Below, piece by piece: positions 52,596 through 63,852 of a stretch of DNA of 64,000 nucleotides. A model generated the notes under the pieces. That model did no database searches, was not told the origin of the DNA, and saw nothing but the letters and a program-made list of their open reading frames with translations. The stretch's first letter is position 1. Each line of letters opens with the position of its first letter. This stretch comes from Nostoc sp. Lineage in GTDB: Bacteria; Cyanobacteriota; Cyanobacteriia; Cyanobacteriales; Nostocaceae. The stretch lies in assembly GCA_036918135.1 (NCBI GenBank), contig JBALDB010000015.1, positions 32,001 through 96,000 on the forward strand, in the 5' to 3' direction. The position numbers were made by a program, and so were the translations under genes.

Positions 52596-53051
52596 CTAGT
52601 TAATTAGTAATGCTATACAAGATTTACGACTTCTATAACAAGTCAAGAATTTGAGGACAACATCTAATTATTTTGCACGGAACTGATATCTTTCCTTTAA
52701 GAAGTGGGTATTATAAGCTTGTTTTTCTAACATCATCTTTATAAATTGGTCTGTCAATAAAATACATTTCCGTAAATTTACTGTGAAGTTATACTTTTAT
52801 TCTTCTTCATAATTGATATAAATAACTTTAAAAAATCAGTATTTACCGGATAAAATGAACAATTTTTGAATGATATAACTTTAATAAATTGTCTCATTTT
52901 GTAGTTCATTTATTTTCAACTTCCTCAAACAAGATGTAATAGTTATATAAATTTAGTCTCAACTCTTGCTGGTCAAATTAATTGTCAGCAGAAACATCAA
53001 TTTTGAGAAAAATTAAAAATCTTCTAAAAATTACTTGACAGGGAAGCAGCT

Positions 53052-56000
53052 ATGTCTAGAAAAAGTAAGCTAGTCAAGACAATTCAAAAAACCTTCAAAC
53101 AAATTGGCAAAAAGTTTTTATCTGCAATTAACAAGCAAATTATTTGGCTACTGCGGACTATTTTTGGTACTCGAAGAAGACGCAGTTCGGTGAATGCTGG
53201 CTTTGTGTTACCAACAGTAGCAATGGTAATTTTGGTAGTCGTGCTGTTAACAACTGCAATTTTATTTCGGTCTTTTGAGCGCTCTAAAAACGCTAGTAAT
53301 GTGCGGGTGAATGAAGCAACAATGCAGGCGGCTACCCCTGCCTTAGATAGAGCTAAAGCAAAAATCACTGCATTGTTTGCCGATCCCACTCTGCCACGTT
53401 CTGTCCCATCAAACGTAACGTTATACAACACCTTAGCTTTAGCCTCCAAACTTCCAGTCTATACATTGGGTGATGAAACTCCTATAACCCTGACTTACAA
53501 CATTAATCGCAACACTACAATTGAAGCAGCTAGTACGATAGCTTTAGAAAATAGAGAAAATCTAACAACTGCCTGGAAATTTCCTGCTGATACAGATAAT
53601 AACGGTAAATTTGATAGCTTTATTCTCTACGGGATTTACTTCCGCACTCCCCCCCAAACTGGTACAACCCAAACTAGAAAGAGAACACCGCTAGATGCTA
53701 GAACTCCTCCTATGCTGCCAGCTAAAGCAGGCGGAGCTTGTGATGTAGCAGGTGAAACCAGTGCCAGTTTGGTAGGCTCTTCTGGTTGGTATAAACTAGC
53801 AACTGGCGAATTGAAAAAAAGCTTTTTTGTATATACAGCAACAGTTCCCATTAGTAGTATAGGTAGTCTTGATACAACTAAATATGAAGGGTATCGAGGT
53901 AATAAAGGCTTTTCGGCTTTAGAAATGCAACAAGACCGCAGTCAAGTTCCCATTACTAATAATGCTGTAGTTTATGAGGATGATTTAGATATTACACCTG
54001 GTCCTAGATTCCGTTTGAATGGACGCATTTTCACTAACAGTAATTTATTAATGGGTAAAAGTAATCAAGATATTACGCTATTCCAGGTCAGCAGTAGATA
54101 TTCTTGTTATTACGAGCGAGAAAACGGTCAAATAATTGTTGGTGGTAATGTTGCAGGTAGTGGGCCAATAAGTGCCTCAGACACCGGAGCAATTCAAGTA
54201 GATTTATTTAAAGAAAATGGTGTCCCTACCCAAACATCAACTGGAAGCACAAATAAATCTACCTCGAATAATAAACCAAATGAAGTTGCTTATAACAGTC
54301 AAGCCTATGCTCAACGTATCGACTTGTTGGTAAATGCACAACTAGCTCACGCTACAACTACTGACCCCCAAGAGGTGGAAGATAATAGAACCAAGCGAAT
54401 TGCAGCTGACCCCAGCTTAGACTCAGATAAGGTACGTCAAGAAGAACTGCAAACCTACTTCAAAAAACGTACCAGGCGCGTACCATTTAAAGAAGTACCT
54501 TATGGTAGTGATGGTAAAGGTACTTATACTACAGCAAATGTTCTGCAAGACTATAATACTTCAGCAAGAAGTAACGCCCTACGTCCACCAGATAGCTGGA
54601 TATATTCCACGGATACCAATACAACACTGACGCTAAATACATCAGAACTAGCTGCTACAGACCCGGATACCTTAAAAACTTCTCCTGTAATAGAATCACA
54701 GTTAGGCGATCGCATTGTAGTAGGTAACAATTTACCTGAACTCAAATGGGACAGTACAAAAGCAATTTTTGTGGGAGAGGAACAACCCGAATCCATCACT
54801 GGTGTGACGTGGACTGGTAGTACTAAAACTCGGACTCGTACTACTAGCGTTAAACAGTTAGCAGATTTGGGGGTAACTGGACGTGACGGATTCTGGGAAA
54901 TAGCAGCCGCTTCACCCCGCGCTGATGCCCTTGATGTCAATGGTGGACTACGAGTAATTACAGGTGCAGGAGTATATAGAATTACAAATTCTGGACTACC
55001 CTTTCCTCGACCAACTCCAACTGACGATCTAAGCACAACAGACGTACTGGAAAGCCTTGGTACGGTAGTCTGGCCTGATACTATGCCTATGGTTGTGCCC
55101 GATTCGACCGATCCTCTTAACGGTACGCCAAAACGTGGTGATTTGGTAATGCGTGCTACAGCAGTTTATCACTACAACAGTGATTCTTATGCTCCTTTGG
55201 CGGCTACACCAGATGATTACCAAGCACCCATAGGCTGTGTAAGTAGCTACTATGACCCTACAAACAAAGATACTGCAAGAAATACAGGTACACTGCCGGA
55301 TGTGAGCGGTGAAGTAGTTGGTGCTAGACCTGCTGGAGCCAGATCGAATAATGGTGTCGTTTACGCTGTTCCTACTACTACATCTGCTGGTGTAACTAGA
55401 GGACAGACAGTAGATATCAATGGTTTTTTGACTGTTGCAATTAACGCTGATGATGTAACTAACACTAGTGTAACTTTACTAAATCGCTTGAAATATCAAG
55501 CCAACTTGGTATTTCCCAATGGTCGCCTTGTTAATCCTTTACTACGGCAAGCACTGGCCAAACCAACAACCAGCAAACTCACTCTCTCTGAGCAATCAGC
55601 AATTGACTCTACTATTTGTGCGATGGCAATTGCAGATGGCTCTCTGACTCGGGATACTACTCCTGTTATTCCTGATGGCGCAATTAAGGAAACTACATTT
55701 CTTGATGCCAGACAAATTAAGGCTATAGATAAAGGTGCAGCATTAACTGGAAACTACAATCTAGAAGTTGAACAGCGCCAGCCTTTAGAAATTCGTGCCA
55801 CTGTCATAGATTTAAATCTGCTTCGCACGACTTCAATCACTGGTACTTGGTCTAACGAATATCTGTTGCCCAATAGTGGCATTATCTATGCCTCTCGTGA
55901 TGATGCTCAAAAAGATCGCAGTAGTCCAACCAGTGAAAATGTCAGTGCTAGTGATTACTTGCTCGATCCGGAGCGCCGTCCCAACGCCATTATGTTGATT

Positions 56001-57932
56001 AATGGCAGTAACTTAAGTCGCCAGAACAATTACAGAGCAGAAGAAAAAGGCTTGATTTTAGTCACTGAACTGCCAGCCTATGTTAAAGGCAATTTTAATT
56101 TACACACCAAGCAGGAATTTAAAGGGTCTGGTCTTTTACCTGCTCCCAGTGATAGTACTTACGATAGTAAATTTTACACTCGTGCTGTGGCAGATCGCGA
56201 TCCTGACTTTGCTTGTCGGCCTAGTGACTCTAGACTACCAAATTGCACAGCAGGCGAAACTTGGCGATCTGCATCAGTGATTGCAGATGCTGTTACCTTG
56301 CTTTCTGATAACTTCCGTGAAGGTTTCCGCAATGAAGGTGATTACGACTTGCGAAATAACCAAGGTAGCGATGCTGACACTGTACTCAAAAGACTGAAGG
56401 TAGGTTTCTGGAATAACAATTTTGTCACTTCATCTAATTTCTTCACTGCGGCTAATGATGATTCCTACTATAGAGGTACTCCCACTTCTACTGACTCAGT
56501 AAACTATAACAGTTCTTACTTAAATAACTTCGTCACACCTATTCAGCGGCGAGGGACTTTCCCAGAGTATGTGATGGAGATGTGCTTCAAAATACCAGTT
56601 TCGGAATGTGGAACAACTGATTGGTATATTGGTTACGATAGCGATAACAACAATACGATCGCTGCTAGTGAGAGAGGAATACAATCCTATAATCTTCCAG
56701 CGAATGCGGCGCTTGGACAATTAGTAGCTGGTACTACTGCTCAACCAGCAAAAGCTGGTTTTGAACGATTTGCTCGTAGGGTTGCATTCAAACGAAATAA
56801 TCTTGGACAACTGGTTGATGCTTCTAATCTACCTTTCATAACTTTTAATCAAGGTACTCCTGTTGCACTAGGTATAAAAACAGTATCAGGAAGTAAAGTA
56901 GTAGACTATTTTAGCGGCAGCAGCAGACCTGAAACAGCACCCAATGCCCTGTGGTTTGCAATTACAACAAGTACTTCTGCTGCCGCACCAGCATTCAACA
57001 CTAGTGAGATCCAATACAACAATGACAATCGTTTATTTTTCAGGTATCCCCAAGTACCAGGTGCTTCGGCCTCTTCACTGAGGGATTTTCCTGGAAGTAC
57101 GACAACATCGACACCATTCATCAGAGATGGCTTTTTACAGCCCTTATTAGAACCCATATTGCAATTACAGGTAACAACTGCAACACTACCTCAAACTGGA
57201 GGATACGACAGTTTAGCAGGAGATACATCATCCAGTCTTGTTAAAAGTACTAGATGGTTGTCTAAGGCAAGTGAAACAACTTTTAATTTAGTAATTGCGG
57301 CTGGTGACACTCCTGCTCGTGTGAATCCAACTGCGGGTTCAACTCCAACTACCTACGAAATCAATGGTGGTTTGCATAACTTTGTCCGCTTCCTAGAAAA
57401 CTGGGATGGTGTTAATGCTAATATCAACGGTTCATTCATCCAATTTAAACGCAGTATCTATGCTACTGCACCATTCCAAGTTCTTGTGAGACCTGGACCA
57501 ACAACTGTTGCTGCAACCTCTTCTAACCCTTCTCTTCTTTCTTCTACTGCCAATATTAATAGTATCTTTATCAGAGCTCTGAATACTACAACACCTGGTT
57601 ATAGATCGGACAGTACTTTCACTACTAGTGCTGCTGGCGAAGCACCTTATTATATGCCTCCTAACCGTAACTGGGGTTTTGATGTAGCGTTACTGGCGCA
57701 AAATCCTGACTTGTTTGCTCAGCGTTTTGTAATTCCAGCCACAGATCCTCCGAATGAATACTACAGAGAAGTCGGTCGGGATGACCTTTGGGTGCAAACT
57801 CTATTGTGTGCTGTCCAAACTCAAACACGGGATGGGTTTGATGATGCCGATAGTACTTACTTTGGCAATGGTTTCAAATTTGCATTACCTGCAACTGAAC
57901 GTCCTAGTAACTGCAAACTCCAACCATCCTAA
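53052..57932 (+). CDS. hpsA: Hormogonium polysaccharide biosynthesis protein HpsA
   Basis: 1626 aa; pilin-like GFVLPTV N-terminal helix, GGLHNFVRFLENW, RNWGFDV, YYREVGRDDLWV; heads the pseudopilin/GT cluster. Confidence 0.9.
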   Translation: MSRKSKLVKTIQKTFKQIGKKFLSAINKQIIWLLRTIFGTRRRRSSVNAGFVLPTVAMVILVVVLLTTAILFRSFERSKNASNVRVNEATMQAATPALDRAKAKITALFADPTLPRSVPSNVTLYNTLALASKLPVYTLGDETPITLTYNINRNTTIEAASTIALENRENLTTAWKFPADTDNNGKFDSFILYGIYFRTPPQTGTTQTRKRTPLDARTPPMLPAKAGGACDVAGETSASLVGSSGWYKLATGELKKSFFVYTATVPISSIGSLDTTKYEGYRGNKGFSALEMQQDRSQVPITNNAVVYEDDLDITPGPRFRLNGRIFTNSNLLMGKSNQDITLFQVSSRYSCYYERENGQIIVGGNVAGSGPISASDTGAIQVDLFKENGVPTQTSTGSTNKSTSNNKPNEVAYNSQAYAQRIDLLVNAQLAHATTTDPQEVEDNRTKRIAADPSLDSDKVRQEELQTYFKKRTRRVPFKEVPYGSDGKGTYTTANVLQDYNTSARSNALRPPDSWIYSTDTNTTLTLNTSELAATDPDTLKTSPVIESQLGDRIVVGNNLPELKWDSTKAIFVGEEQPESITGVTWTGSTKTRTRTTSVKQLADLGVTGRDGFWEIAAASPRADALDVNGGLRVITGAGVYRITNSGLPFPRPTPTDDLSTTDVLESLGTVVWPDTMPMVVPDSTDPLNGTPKRGDLVMRATAVYHYNSDSYAPLAATPDDYQAPIGCVSSYYDPTNKDTARNTGTLPDVSGEVVGARPAGARSNNGVVYAVPTTTSAGVTRGQTVDINGFLTVAINADDVTNTSVTLLNRLKYQANLVFPNGRLVNPLLRQALAKPTTSKLTLSEQSAIDSTICAMAIADGSLTRDTTPVIPDGAIKETTFLDARQIKAIDKGAALTGNYNLEVEQRQPLEIRATVIDLNLLRTTSITGTWSNEYLLPNSGIIYASRDDAQKDRSSPTSENVSASDYLLDPERRPNAIMLINGSNLSRQNNYRAEEKGLILVTELPAYVKGNFNLHTKQEFKGSGLLPAPSDSTYDSKFYTRAVADRDPDFACRPSDSRLPNCTAGETWRSASVIADAVTLLSDNFREGFRNEGDYDLRNNQGSDADTVLKRLKVGFWNNNFVTSSNFFTAANDDSYYRGTPTSTDSVNYNSSYLNNFVTPIQRRGTFPEYVMEMCFKIPVSECGTTDWYIGYDSDNNNTIAASERGIQSYNLPANAALGQLVAGTTAQPAKAGFERFARRVAFKRNNLGQLVDASNLPFITFNQGTPVALGIKTVSGSKVVDYFSGSSRPETAPNALWFAITTSTSAAAPAFNTSEIQYNNDNRLFFRYPQVPGASASSLRDFPGSTTTSTPFIRDGFLQPLLEPILQLQVTTATLPQTGGYDSLAGDTSSSLVKSTRWLSKASETTFNLVIAAGDTPARVNPTAGSTPTTYEINGGLHNFVRFLENWDGVNANINGSFIQFKRSIYATAPFQVLVRPGPTTVAATSSNPSLLSSTANINSIFIRALNTTTPGYRSDSTFTTSAAGEAPYYMPPNRNWGFDVALLAQNPDLFAQRFVIPATDPPNEYYREVGRDDLWVQTLLCAVQTQTRDGFDDADSTYFGNGFKFALPATERPSNCKLQPS

Positions 57933-57951
57933 AGTATCTCAATGAGAATTT

Positions 57952-58195
57952 TTACAGCACTTTTCAGGTGAATAAACTACCCTCACGAAACTTAATCCCA
58001 CTCCTTTCTTACCTCTTTCTAACCCTGACCTTTTACGTGGAATAAACCAACGCAAAACCTAACCCTTTAACCCCCTTCTCTATTAACGAAGGGGGAAAAT
58101 CCAAAGCCTCTCTCCTACAAAGACAAAGGAATAGAAGTGAGATTTTAAAAATCCCGCGATTCGAGCGTATTACACTTGCTGACAAATTGCTGTAA
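57952..58195. mobile_element. MITE-like element between hpsA and hpsB
   Basis: TTACAGCA ... TGCTGTAA inverted ends; internal ccccttc...gaagggg hairpin. Confidence 0.55.
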
Positions 58196-58221
58196 GACAT
58201 AGCCCTATTGAGGAACTGACC

Positions 58222-58866
58222 ATGAAGCCACATCAACTACAAGAATCATCTGCCCAGTTTAACGAGTCTGGTTTTACAATCATTGAGTCGTTGGTGGCGA
58301 TCGTCGTGGTTAGCATTTTGCTGGTAGCGATCGCACCTGTCCTAGTTATCTCAACTGCAACTCGTGTGCAAGCTAGAAGGGTAGAATTGGCAACAGAAGC
58401 AGCTAAAGCCCTCGTTAATGGTATTAATTCTAAAATTGTCTCAGACCCTACAATCACCGTTACATTAACTGCCGATCCAACTAGAAGAGTATCCACCTCA
58501 ACCAGTGACTATTTACTCAGTAGTGCAGCAGTTCCTACTGCTAGCAGTAGTTTGTATTGCTTTAACAAAAATGGCAGTCTTGCTAATCCTGGCTGTACCA
58601 GCAATCTGTTTTACATTCAAGCTATTCGGCTAGCAGTCTCAGGTAGTGACCCTGATAGAGGTCAAGGCTATCGTTTGGGAATTCGGGTGTATCGTTCAGA
58701 TGCCCAGTTTGGTTCCCTAACGGCTGCTAGCAGTGGAAAAAAAGCAGCAACATTCACAGGGGGACTGGGCGATCGCAAAGCACCACTACTAGAAATGACA
58801 ACTGAAATTGTCAGGGGTCAAAGCTCCTATAGCGCTTTGTGTAGTCGCCTTGGTGGTTGTCAATAA
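58222..58866 (+). CDS. hpsB: Pseudopilin HpsB
   Basis: Prepilin site G|FTIIESL; follows hpsA. Confidence 0.85.
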   Translation: MKPHQLQESSAQFNESGFTIIESLVAIVVVSILLVAIAPVLVISTATRVQARRVELATEAAKALVNGINSKIVSDPTITVTLTADPTRRVSTSTSDYLLSSAAVPTASSSLYCFNKNGSLANPGCTSNLFYIQAIRLAVSGSDPDRGQGYRLGIRVYRSDAQFGSLTAASSGKKAATFTGGLGDRKAPLLEMTTEIVRGQSSYSALCSRLGGCQ

Positions 58867-58931
58867 TTAACCCAGCAAACATAAATGATTTTATTACTCA
58901 GTATCCGTCACTCAGGAGAAAGTATCGCAAA

Positions 58932-59900
58932 ATGAATATACTGAGGTGGCTGTTAACTACTCAGCTAAAATCTTCTCACAAGCAGAACAAAAACAGTGGC
59001 TTCACCCTCATTGAATTACTAGTGGCTATGCTCATTGCATTTCTAGTAATTACGCCGTTATTAGGTTTTATGATCGGCGTTTTAAACACTGATCGTCAGG
59101 AACAAGCCAAAGCCAACTCTGAGCAAGAAATTAAAGCAGCGCTTGACTATATCACTCGCGATCTCCAACAAGCACTATATATATACGATGATACGACTTC
59201 CACAGGTATCATTTCCCAAATCCCTACGGTAACAAATGGAGTTCCGGTTTTAATATTTTGGAAACGAGAATTTAGCCAAGACGCTGTTGAGACTAAAAAT
59301 AGTGGGGGTGTGGTTCAATTTAAAGACGATTCTTTTGTGTACTCATTAGTAGCTTACTATTTAATTAAAGATACTAATTCTAACTGGTCTCAAGCTGCGC
59401 GCATTGCCAGATGGGAAATTAAAGATGGCGTTACAGATAGTACTGGTAGTAGCTGTAGTGGATTTGCCACAACCGAAAAATATAGCCGATGTCCAGATAA
59501 AGGTTTTAAGTCTTTTGATTTATCACAAAAGGGCGTAACATTACAAACAAAAATGAATAGTTGGACAAATAGTTTGGCAGCAGGGGTGACTTACGATCAA
59601 AATCCCGTGGTTCTGGTTGATTTTATAGATCAAACAACAACAACACAGGGAGCGCCAGCAGCAACTTGCTCTAGTGGGTTTCAACAATTTCCAGGAACTA
59701 TTACAAGAACAGGCTTCTATACTTGTGTTAGGTCAGTTGATGGAGATAATAGAAGTACTGTTGAAGTTTATTTGAGAGGTAACGCGCAAGCTCGCTTAAT
59801 AAATGATGAAACTAAAGTGCGTTATACCCAGAACAAATTTAGTTATTTTCCGAGTGGAAATATTAAGGTGCAAGGACGCAGCTTCATCTTTACGAAATAG
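58932..59900 (+). CDS. hpsC: Pseudopilin HpsC
   Basis: G|FTLIELL, ALDYITRDLQQA; ATG 58932. Confidence 0.85.
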   Translation: MNILRWLLTTQLKSSHKQNKNSGFTLIELLVAMLIAFLVITPLLGFMIGVLNTDRQEQAKANSEQEIKAALDYITRDLQQALYIYDDTTSTGIISQIPTVTNGVPVLIFWKREFSQDAVETKNSGGVVQFKDDSFVYSLVAYYLIKDTNSNWSQAARIARWEIKDGVTDSTGSSCSGFATTEKYSRCPDKGFKSFDLSQKGVTLQTKMNSWTNSLAAGVTYDQNPVVLVDFIDQTTTTQGAPAATCSSGFQQFPGTITRTGFYTCVRSVDGDNRSTVEVYLRGNAQARLINDETKVRYTQNKFSYFPSGNIKVQGRSFIFTK

Positions 59901-59938
59901 CTTCTATCTTTGATAAAGATTAATAAAAGCAGAATAGT

Positions 59939-60652
59939 ATGCAGAATATTCGTAATTTTAGATTTTTAAATTCTTTCCATTTACACAACCAAAAAACAAA
60001 ATTAAAGCAGCAATATTCAGCAAATAAACACTATAGCGATCGCGACAATCAAGAAGATACCGGATTTAGCCTGATAGAATTAATTGTAGTAGTACTGATG
60101 ATCGGAATTTTAGCAGCGATTGTAGCTCCCGGTTGGGTTGCCTTTGTAAATCGGCAGCAGCTAAATAAGGTTAATGATGCTGTTTTAGCTGCACTACAAG
60201 ACGCACAGCGGGAAGCTAAAAAGAAGAAACTTAACTACAGTGTCAGTTTTCAAAAAAATACCACAACCCAAAATATAGAGGTTGCTATTTATCGTACTGA
60301 TGCTGGAATTAGTACATGGAACACACTGGGAAAAGATGTAGGGGCCAATTCTAATAAATTACTGCTAGGCGGAAATCTTAGTGGTGAAAACATTGCTAAT
60401 TCTACTACTAATTCTCCTGTATCTTATCCTTTAAGTACATCAGCAAAAATTACTTTTGATTATATGGGAACTCTGACTCTGCCAAATAACTTTGGAACAG
60501 TGGCAGCAGGTACACAGCCACCTGGGTTAAAAATAGTAGTGGCTGTACCAAATGCTGCAAATTCTGCATCGCCTAGTGGCGTAAAACGATGTGTTATTGT
60601 GAAAACTCTATTAGGTTCAATGGTCACAGGAAAAGACTCTGAATGTAATTAA
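59939..60652 (+). CDS. hpsD: Pseudopilin (HpsD position)
   Basis: G|FSLIELI, C-terminal Cys pair; named by synteny. Confidence 0.75.
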   Translation: MQNIRNFRFLNSFHLHNQKTKLKQQYSANKHYSDRDNQEDTGFSLIELIVVVLMIGILAAIVAPGWVAFVNRQQLNKVNDAVLAALQDAQREAKKKKLNYSVSFQKNTTTQNIEVAIYRTDAGISTWNTLGKDVGANSNKLLLGGNLSGENIANSTTNSPVSYPLSTSAKITFDYMGTLTLPNNFGTVAAGTQPPGLKIVVAVPNAANSASPSGVKRCVIVKTLLGSMVTGKDSECN

Positions 60653-60825
60653 GTAATTTTTATATCAATAATTTATAAAAATACGAAATAATACTGAGCA
60701 AAAAACTGTACATTTATAGCAAAATTGAAGTATTAGGTGCAGTTTTATTGTTTGATAGATTTCTTGATTATTCAAGAACAAATTAGCCATTAGCTGAGCA
60801 AATATCAAAATATAACTTTTACCAA

Positions 60826-61800
60826 ATGACTGATTGCTTAGATTTTACAGTAGCTATCCCAACTTATAATGGTGAAAGTCGTTTGCCTGAACTACTAGAA
60901 CGACTAAAAAATCAACTTCAGACAGAAAATTTATCTTGGGAAATTATCGTTGTAGATAATAACAGCACTGATAATACAGCTAAACTTATTCAAACCTATC
61001 AACGAAATTGGCAATGTACTTACCCTTTAAAGTATTGCTTTGAAGCCAAACAAGGTGCAGCTTATGCCCGAAAAAAAGCAGTAGCAGAAGCTAAAGGTAA
61101 ATTGATAGGTTTTTTAGATGATGATAATTACCCAATACCAAATTGGGTAGCCGCAGCTTATAGTTTTGCCCAAAAGTATCCAAAAGTAGGAGCTTATGGT
61201 AGCCAGATTCATCCTGACTGGGAAGTAGAACCACCTGAAAACTTTCAGCGAATCGCTGCATTCTTAGCAATTACAGAACGAGGAAATTTACCTCTATTAT
61301 ATCAACCTAAAAATAGATTACTACCTCCTTCTGCCGGACTTGTTATCCGTAAACAAGCTTGGATAGAAAGTGTACCAGATAAGTCTATTTTAACTGGTAG
61401 AGTCAAAGGTAACATGCTTACCAGTGAAGACTTAGAAATGTTGTCTTATATTCAAAAAGCAGGATGGGAAATTTGGTATAACCCAGAAATGGAAATTTAC
61501 CACAAAATACCAAGCTCACGATTACAAAAAGATTATTTAGTTCCATTTTTTAAAGGAATTGGACTTAGCCGTTATGTAACTCGAATGGTAAATATACAAC
61601 CTTGGTATAGACCAATCGCTTTTTTAGCTTATACGCTCAACGATTTGCGTAAAATTACTTTTCATTTATTGAGATATCGAACTAAGTTAAAACAGGATCT
61701 GGTAGCTGCTTGCGAAATGCAACTTTTTTTAAGTAGTTTAATAAGTCCGTTTTATCTTTGGAAAAATGGTTATTTTAGAAAAAAACTAGTAAAGCATTAA
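60826..61800 (+). CDS. hpsE: GT2 glycosyltransferase HpsE
   Basis: VAIPTYNG, VVDNNSTD, FLDDDN, SED. Confidence 0.88.
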   Translation: MTDCLDFTVAIPTYNGESRLPELLERLKNQLQTENLSWEIIVVDNNSTDNTAKLIQTYQRNWQCTYPLKYCFEAKQGAAYARKKAVAEAKGKLIGFLDDDNYPIPNWVAAAYSFAQKYPKVGAYGSQIHPDWEVEPPENFQRIAAFLAITERGNLPLLYQPKNRLLPPSAGLVIRKQAWIESVPDKSILTGRVKGNMLTSEDLEMLSYIQKAGWEIWYNPEMEIYHKIPSSRLQKDYLVPFFKGIGLSRYVTRMVNIQPWYRPIAFLAYTLNDLRKITFHLLRYRTKLKQDLVAACEMQLFLSSLISPFYLWKNGYFRKKLVKH

Positions 61801-61805
61801 GTATT

Positions 61806-62795
61806 ATGAATGAATTAAAAATTGCAAGTTTAGATATTACTGTAGCCATTCCTACCTATAACGGAGCAACCCGCTTACCTAAGATTTTGGATAAGTTGTT
61901 AACTCAGATAGGAGTAGAAAACCTTAATTGGGAAATTGTTATTGTCGATAATAATAGTTCTGATAACACTTTTCAAATAATTCAGAATTATCAAAAACTA
62001 TATGATAACTGTCATTTAAAATACCTTTTTGAAAAAGAACAGGGAGCCGCTTTTGCACGACTACAGGCAGTACGCGAAGCAAGAGGTGAACTAATTGCGT
62101 TTTTAGATGATGACAACTTACCTGCACCTGATTGGTTAGCAGAAGCATATAATTTTGGATTGCAACATCCTCAAGCAGGTGTTTGGAGTGGACAAATTCA
62201 TGGTGATTTTGAAGTAAAACCGCCAGAAAATTTTGAAAAAATTCAAGCTTTTTTAGCTATCAGAGAACATGGTTCAAATCCACATTTATTTGATGCAGAG
62301 AATTTAAGACTTCCCCCTGGGGCAGCACTTGTTGTTCGGAAACAAGCATGGTGTGAAAATGTACCAGAACGACCTATTTTAAGTGGAAAGCTCCCTGGTA
62401 TTTTGGTGCAAGGTGAAGACTATGAACCATTACTTCATATACATTATGCAGGCTGGCAAATTTGGTATAACCCTACGATGCATACTTACCATCAAATACC
62501 ACACTGGCGATTTGAAAGAGATTACCTATTAAATTTGGCACGCGGTTGTGGCTTGTGTATTTTTCAATTACGGTTAATAAATACTAAAAATTGGCAAAAA
62601 CCAATAGTCTTTGTAAAAACTGTTTTAGGAAATTTACGTAGAGTATTACAGTATTTAATTCAGTATAAAGGACAATTAAAAAGTAATCTGATTATCCTGT
62701 TTGAAATAGAATTTTATTTGGCTAGTATGATGAGTCCTTTTTATTACTTTAAATGTAATATAAAAAAAAATTTAAAAAATAAAGTAGCTATATAA
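61806..62795 (+). CDS. hpsF: GT2 glycosyltransferase, HpsE paralogue (HpsF position)
   Basis: Colinear with the preceding GT2 (VAIPTYNG, FLDDDN, PPENF, WYNP); named by synteny. Confidence 0.75.
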   Translation: MNELKIASLDITVAIPTYNGATRLPKILDKLLTQIGVENLNWEIVIVDNNSSDNTFQIIQNYQKLYDNCHLKYLFEKEQGAAFARLQAVREARGELIAFLDDDNLPAPDWLAEAYNFGLQHPQAGVWSGQIHGDFEVKPPENFEKIQAFLAIREHGSNPHLFDAENLRLPPGAALVVRKQAWCENVPERPILSGKLPGILVQGEDYEPLLHIHYAGWQIWYNPTMHTYHQIPHWRFERDYLLNLARGCGLCIFQLRLINTKNWQKPIVFVKTVLGNLRRVLQYLIQYKGQLKSNLIILFEIEFYLASMMSPFYYFKCNIKKNLKNKVAI

Positions 62796-62796
62796 G

Positions 62797-63852
62797 ATGA
62801 TTAATCTTAGTTACAAATTGCCTAAAATTTCTGTAATTATACCTGCGTATAATAGTGAAAGCACTATTAGTCATACAATTAATTCTGTTCTAAATCAAAC
62901 TTTTACTGACCTAGAATTAATTGTAATTAATGATGGTTCACAAGACTCAACTTTAGAGATTGTTAAGCAAATTAAAGACCCACGAATCAAAGTATTTACT
63001 TATCCCAACGCTGGCGGAAATGTTAGTCGTAACAGAGGACTAAATATTGCAGTTGGAGAATTTGTTAGTTTCTTAGATGCTGATGATATTTGGACATTTG
63101 AGAAACTAGAATCTCAATTAAAAGCTCTGCAAGAAAATTTGACTGCTAAAGTTGCTTATAGTTGGAGTGATTATATTAATGCGAATGGGAAATTTGTCCT
63201 TTCAGGAAAGCGGATTAATGTAAATGGAGATGTTTATGAAAATTTATTGATAAGTAACTTTCTAGAGAATGGCTCTAATCCTTTAATTTGTAGAAAAGCT
63301 TTAATTACATTAGGCGGATTTGATGAATCTCTAACAGCGGCTCAGGATTGGGATATGTGGCTGCGATTAGCATCTAAATTTGATTTTATATGTGTACCAT
63401 CTGTACAAATATTATACCGAATTAGTGCTAATTCAGTTTCATCCAATCTTATTAGGCAGGAAAAAGCCTGCTTGCAACTACTTAAGAGAGCATATCAAGA
63501 AAGACCTTCAGCACTTAACCAAAGTTGGAACACAAGCATTGCAAATTTATACAAATATCTCACTTGCAAAGCGTTACAAAAACCATTAAATCGACAAAAA
63601 GGTTTAACTGCTGCTAAATTTCTATGGAAGTATTTTCTGAACGATTCTTCAAGATATCAGAATATATATTTTAGCTTAAAACTATTATTGAAAATTGCTA
63701 TAATCATGATTTTGCCTACCTTGCTATACACTATTACTTCCCAGCGTGAAATAAAAAATCAAGAAAGTGAAATTTTACTAAACAATTGGGTAGCTGAAAA
63801 AAGATTAGAAAATAAAAATGAATACCCAGGTGCATTTACCGTTTCTAGTTAA
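62797..63852 (+). CDS. hpsG: GT2 glycosyltransferase (HpsG position)
   Basis: SVIIPAYN, INDGSQD, FLDADD, QDWDMWLRL; named by synteny. Confidence 0.75.
   Translation: MINLSYKLPKISVIIPAYNSESTISHTINSVLNQTFTDLELIVINDGSQDSTLEIVKQIKDPRIKVFTYPNAGGNVSRNRGLNIAVGEFVSFLDADDIWTFEKLESQLKALQENLTAKVAYSWSDYINANGKFVLSGKRINVNGDVYENLLISNFLENGSNPLICRKALITLGGFDESLTAAQDWDMWLRLASKFDFICVPSVQILYRISANSVSSNLIRQEKACLQLLKRAYQERPSALNQSWNTSIANLYKYLTCKALQKPLNRQKGLTAAKFLWKYFLNDSSRYQNIYFSLKLLLKIAIIMILPTLLYTITSQREIKNQESEILLNNWVAEKRLENKNEYPGAFTVSS

Noticed and set aside
53084..57157. Antisense ORFs within hpsA (and similarly within metH, pilQ, hisF and the GT41 gene)
   Set aside because: Shadow frames of long, well-supported genes
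58033..58236. 67-aa minus-strand ORF between hpsA and hpsB
   Set aside because: Lies within a MITE-like element
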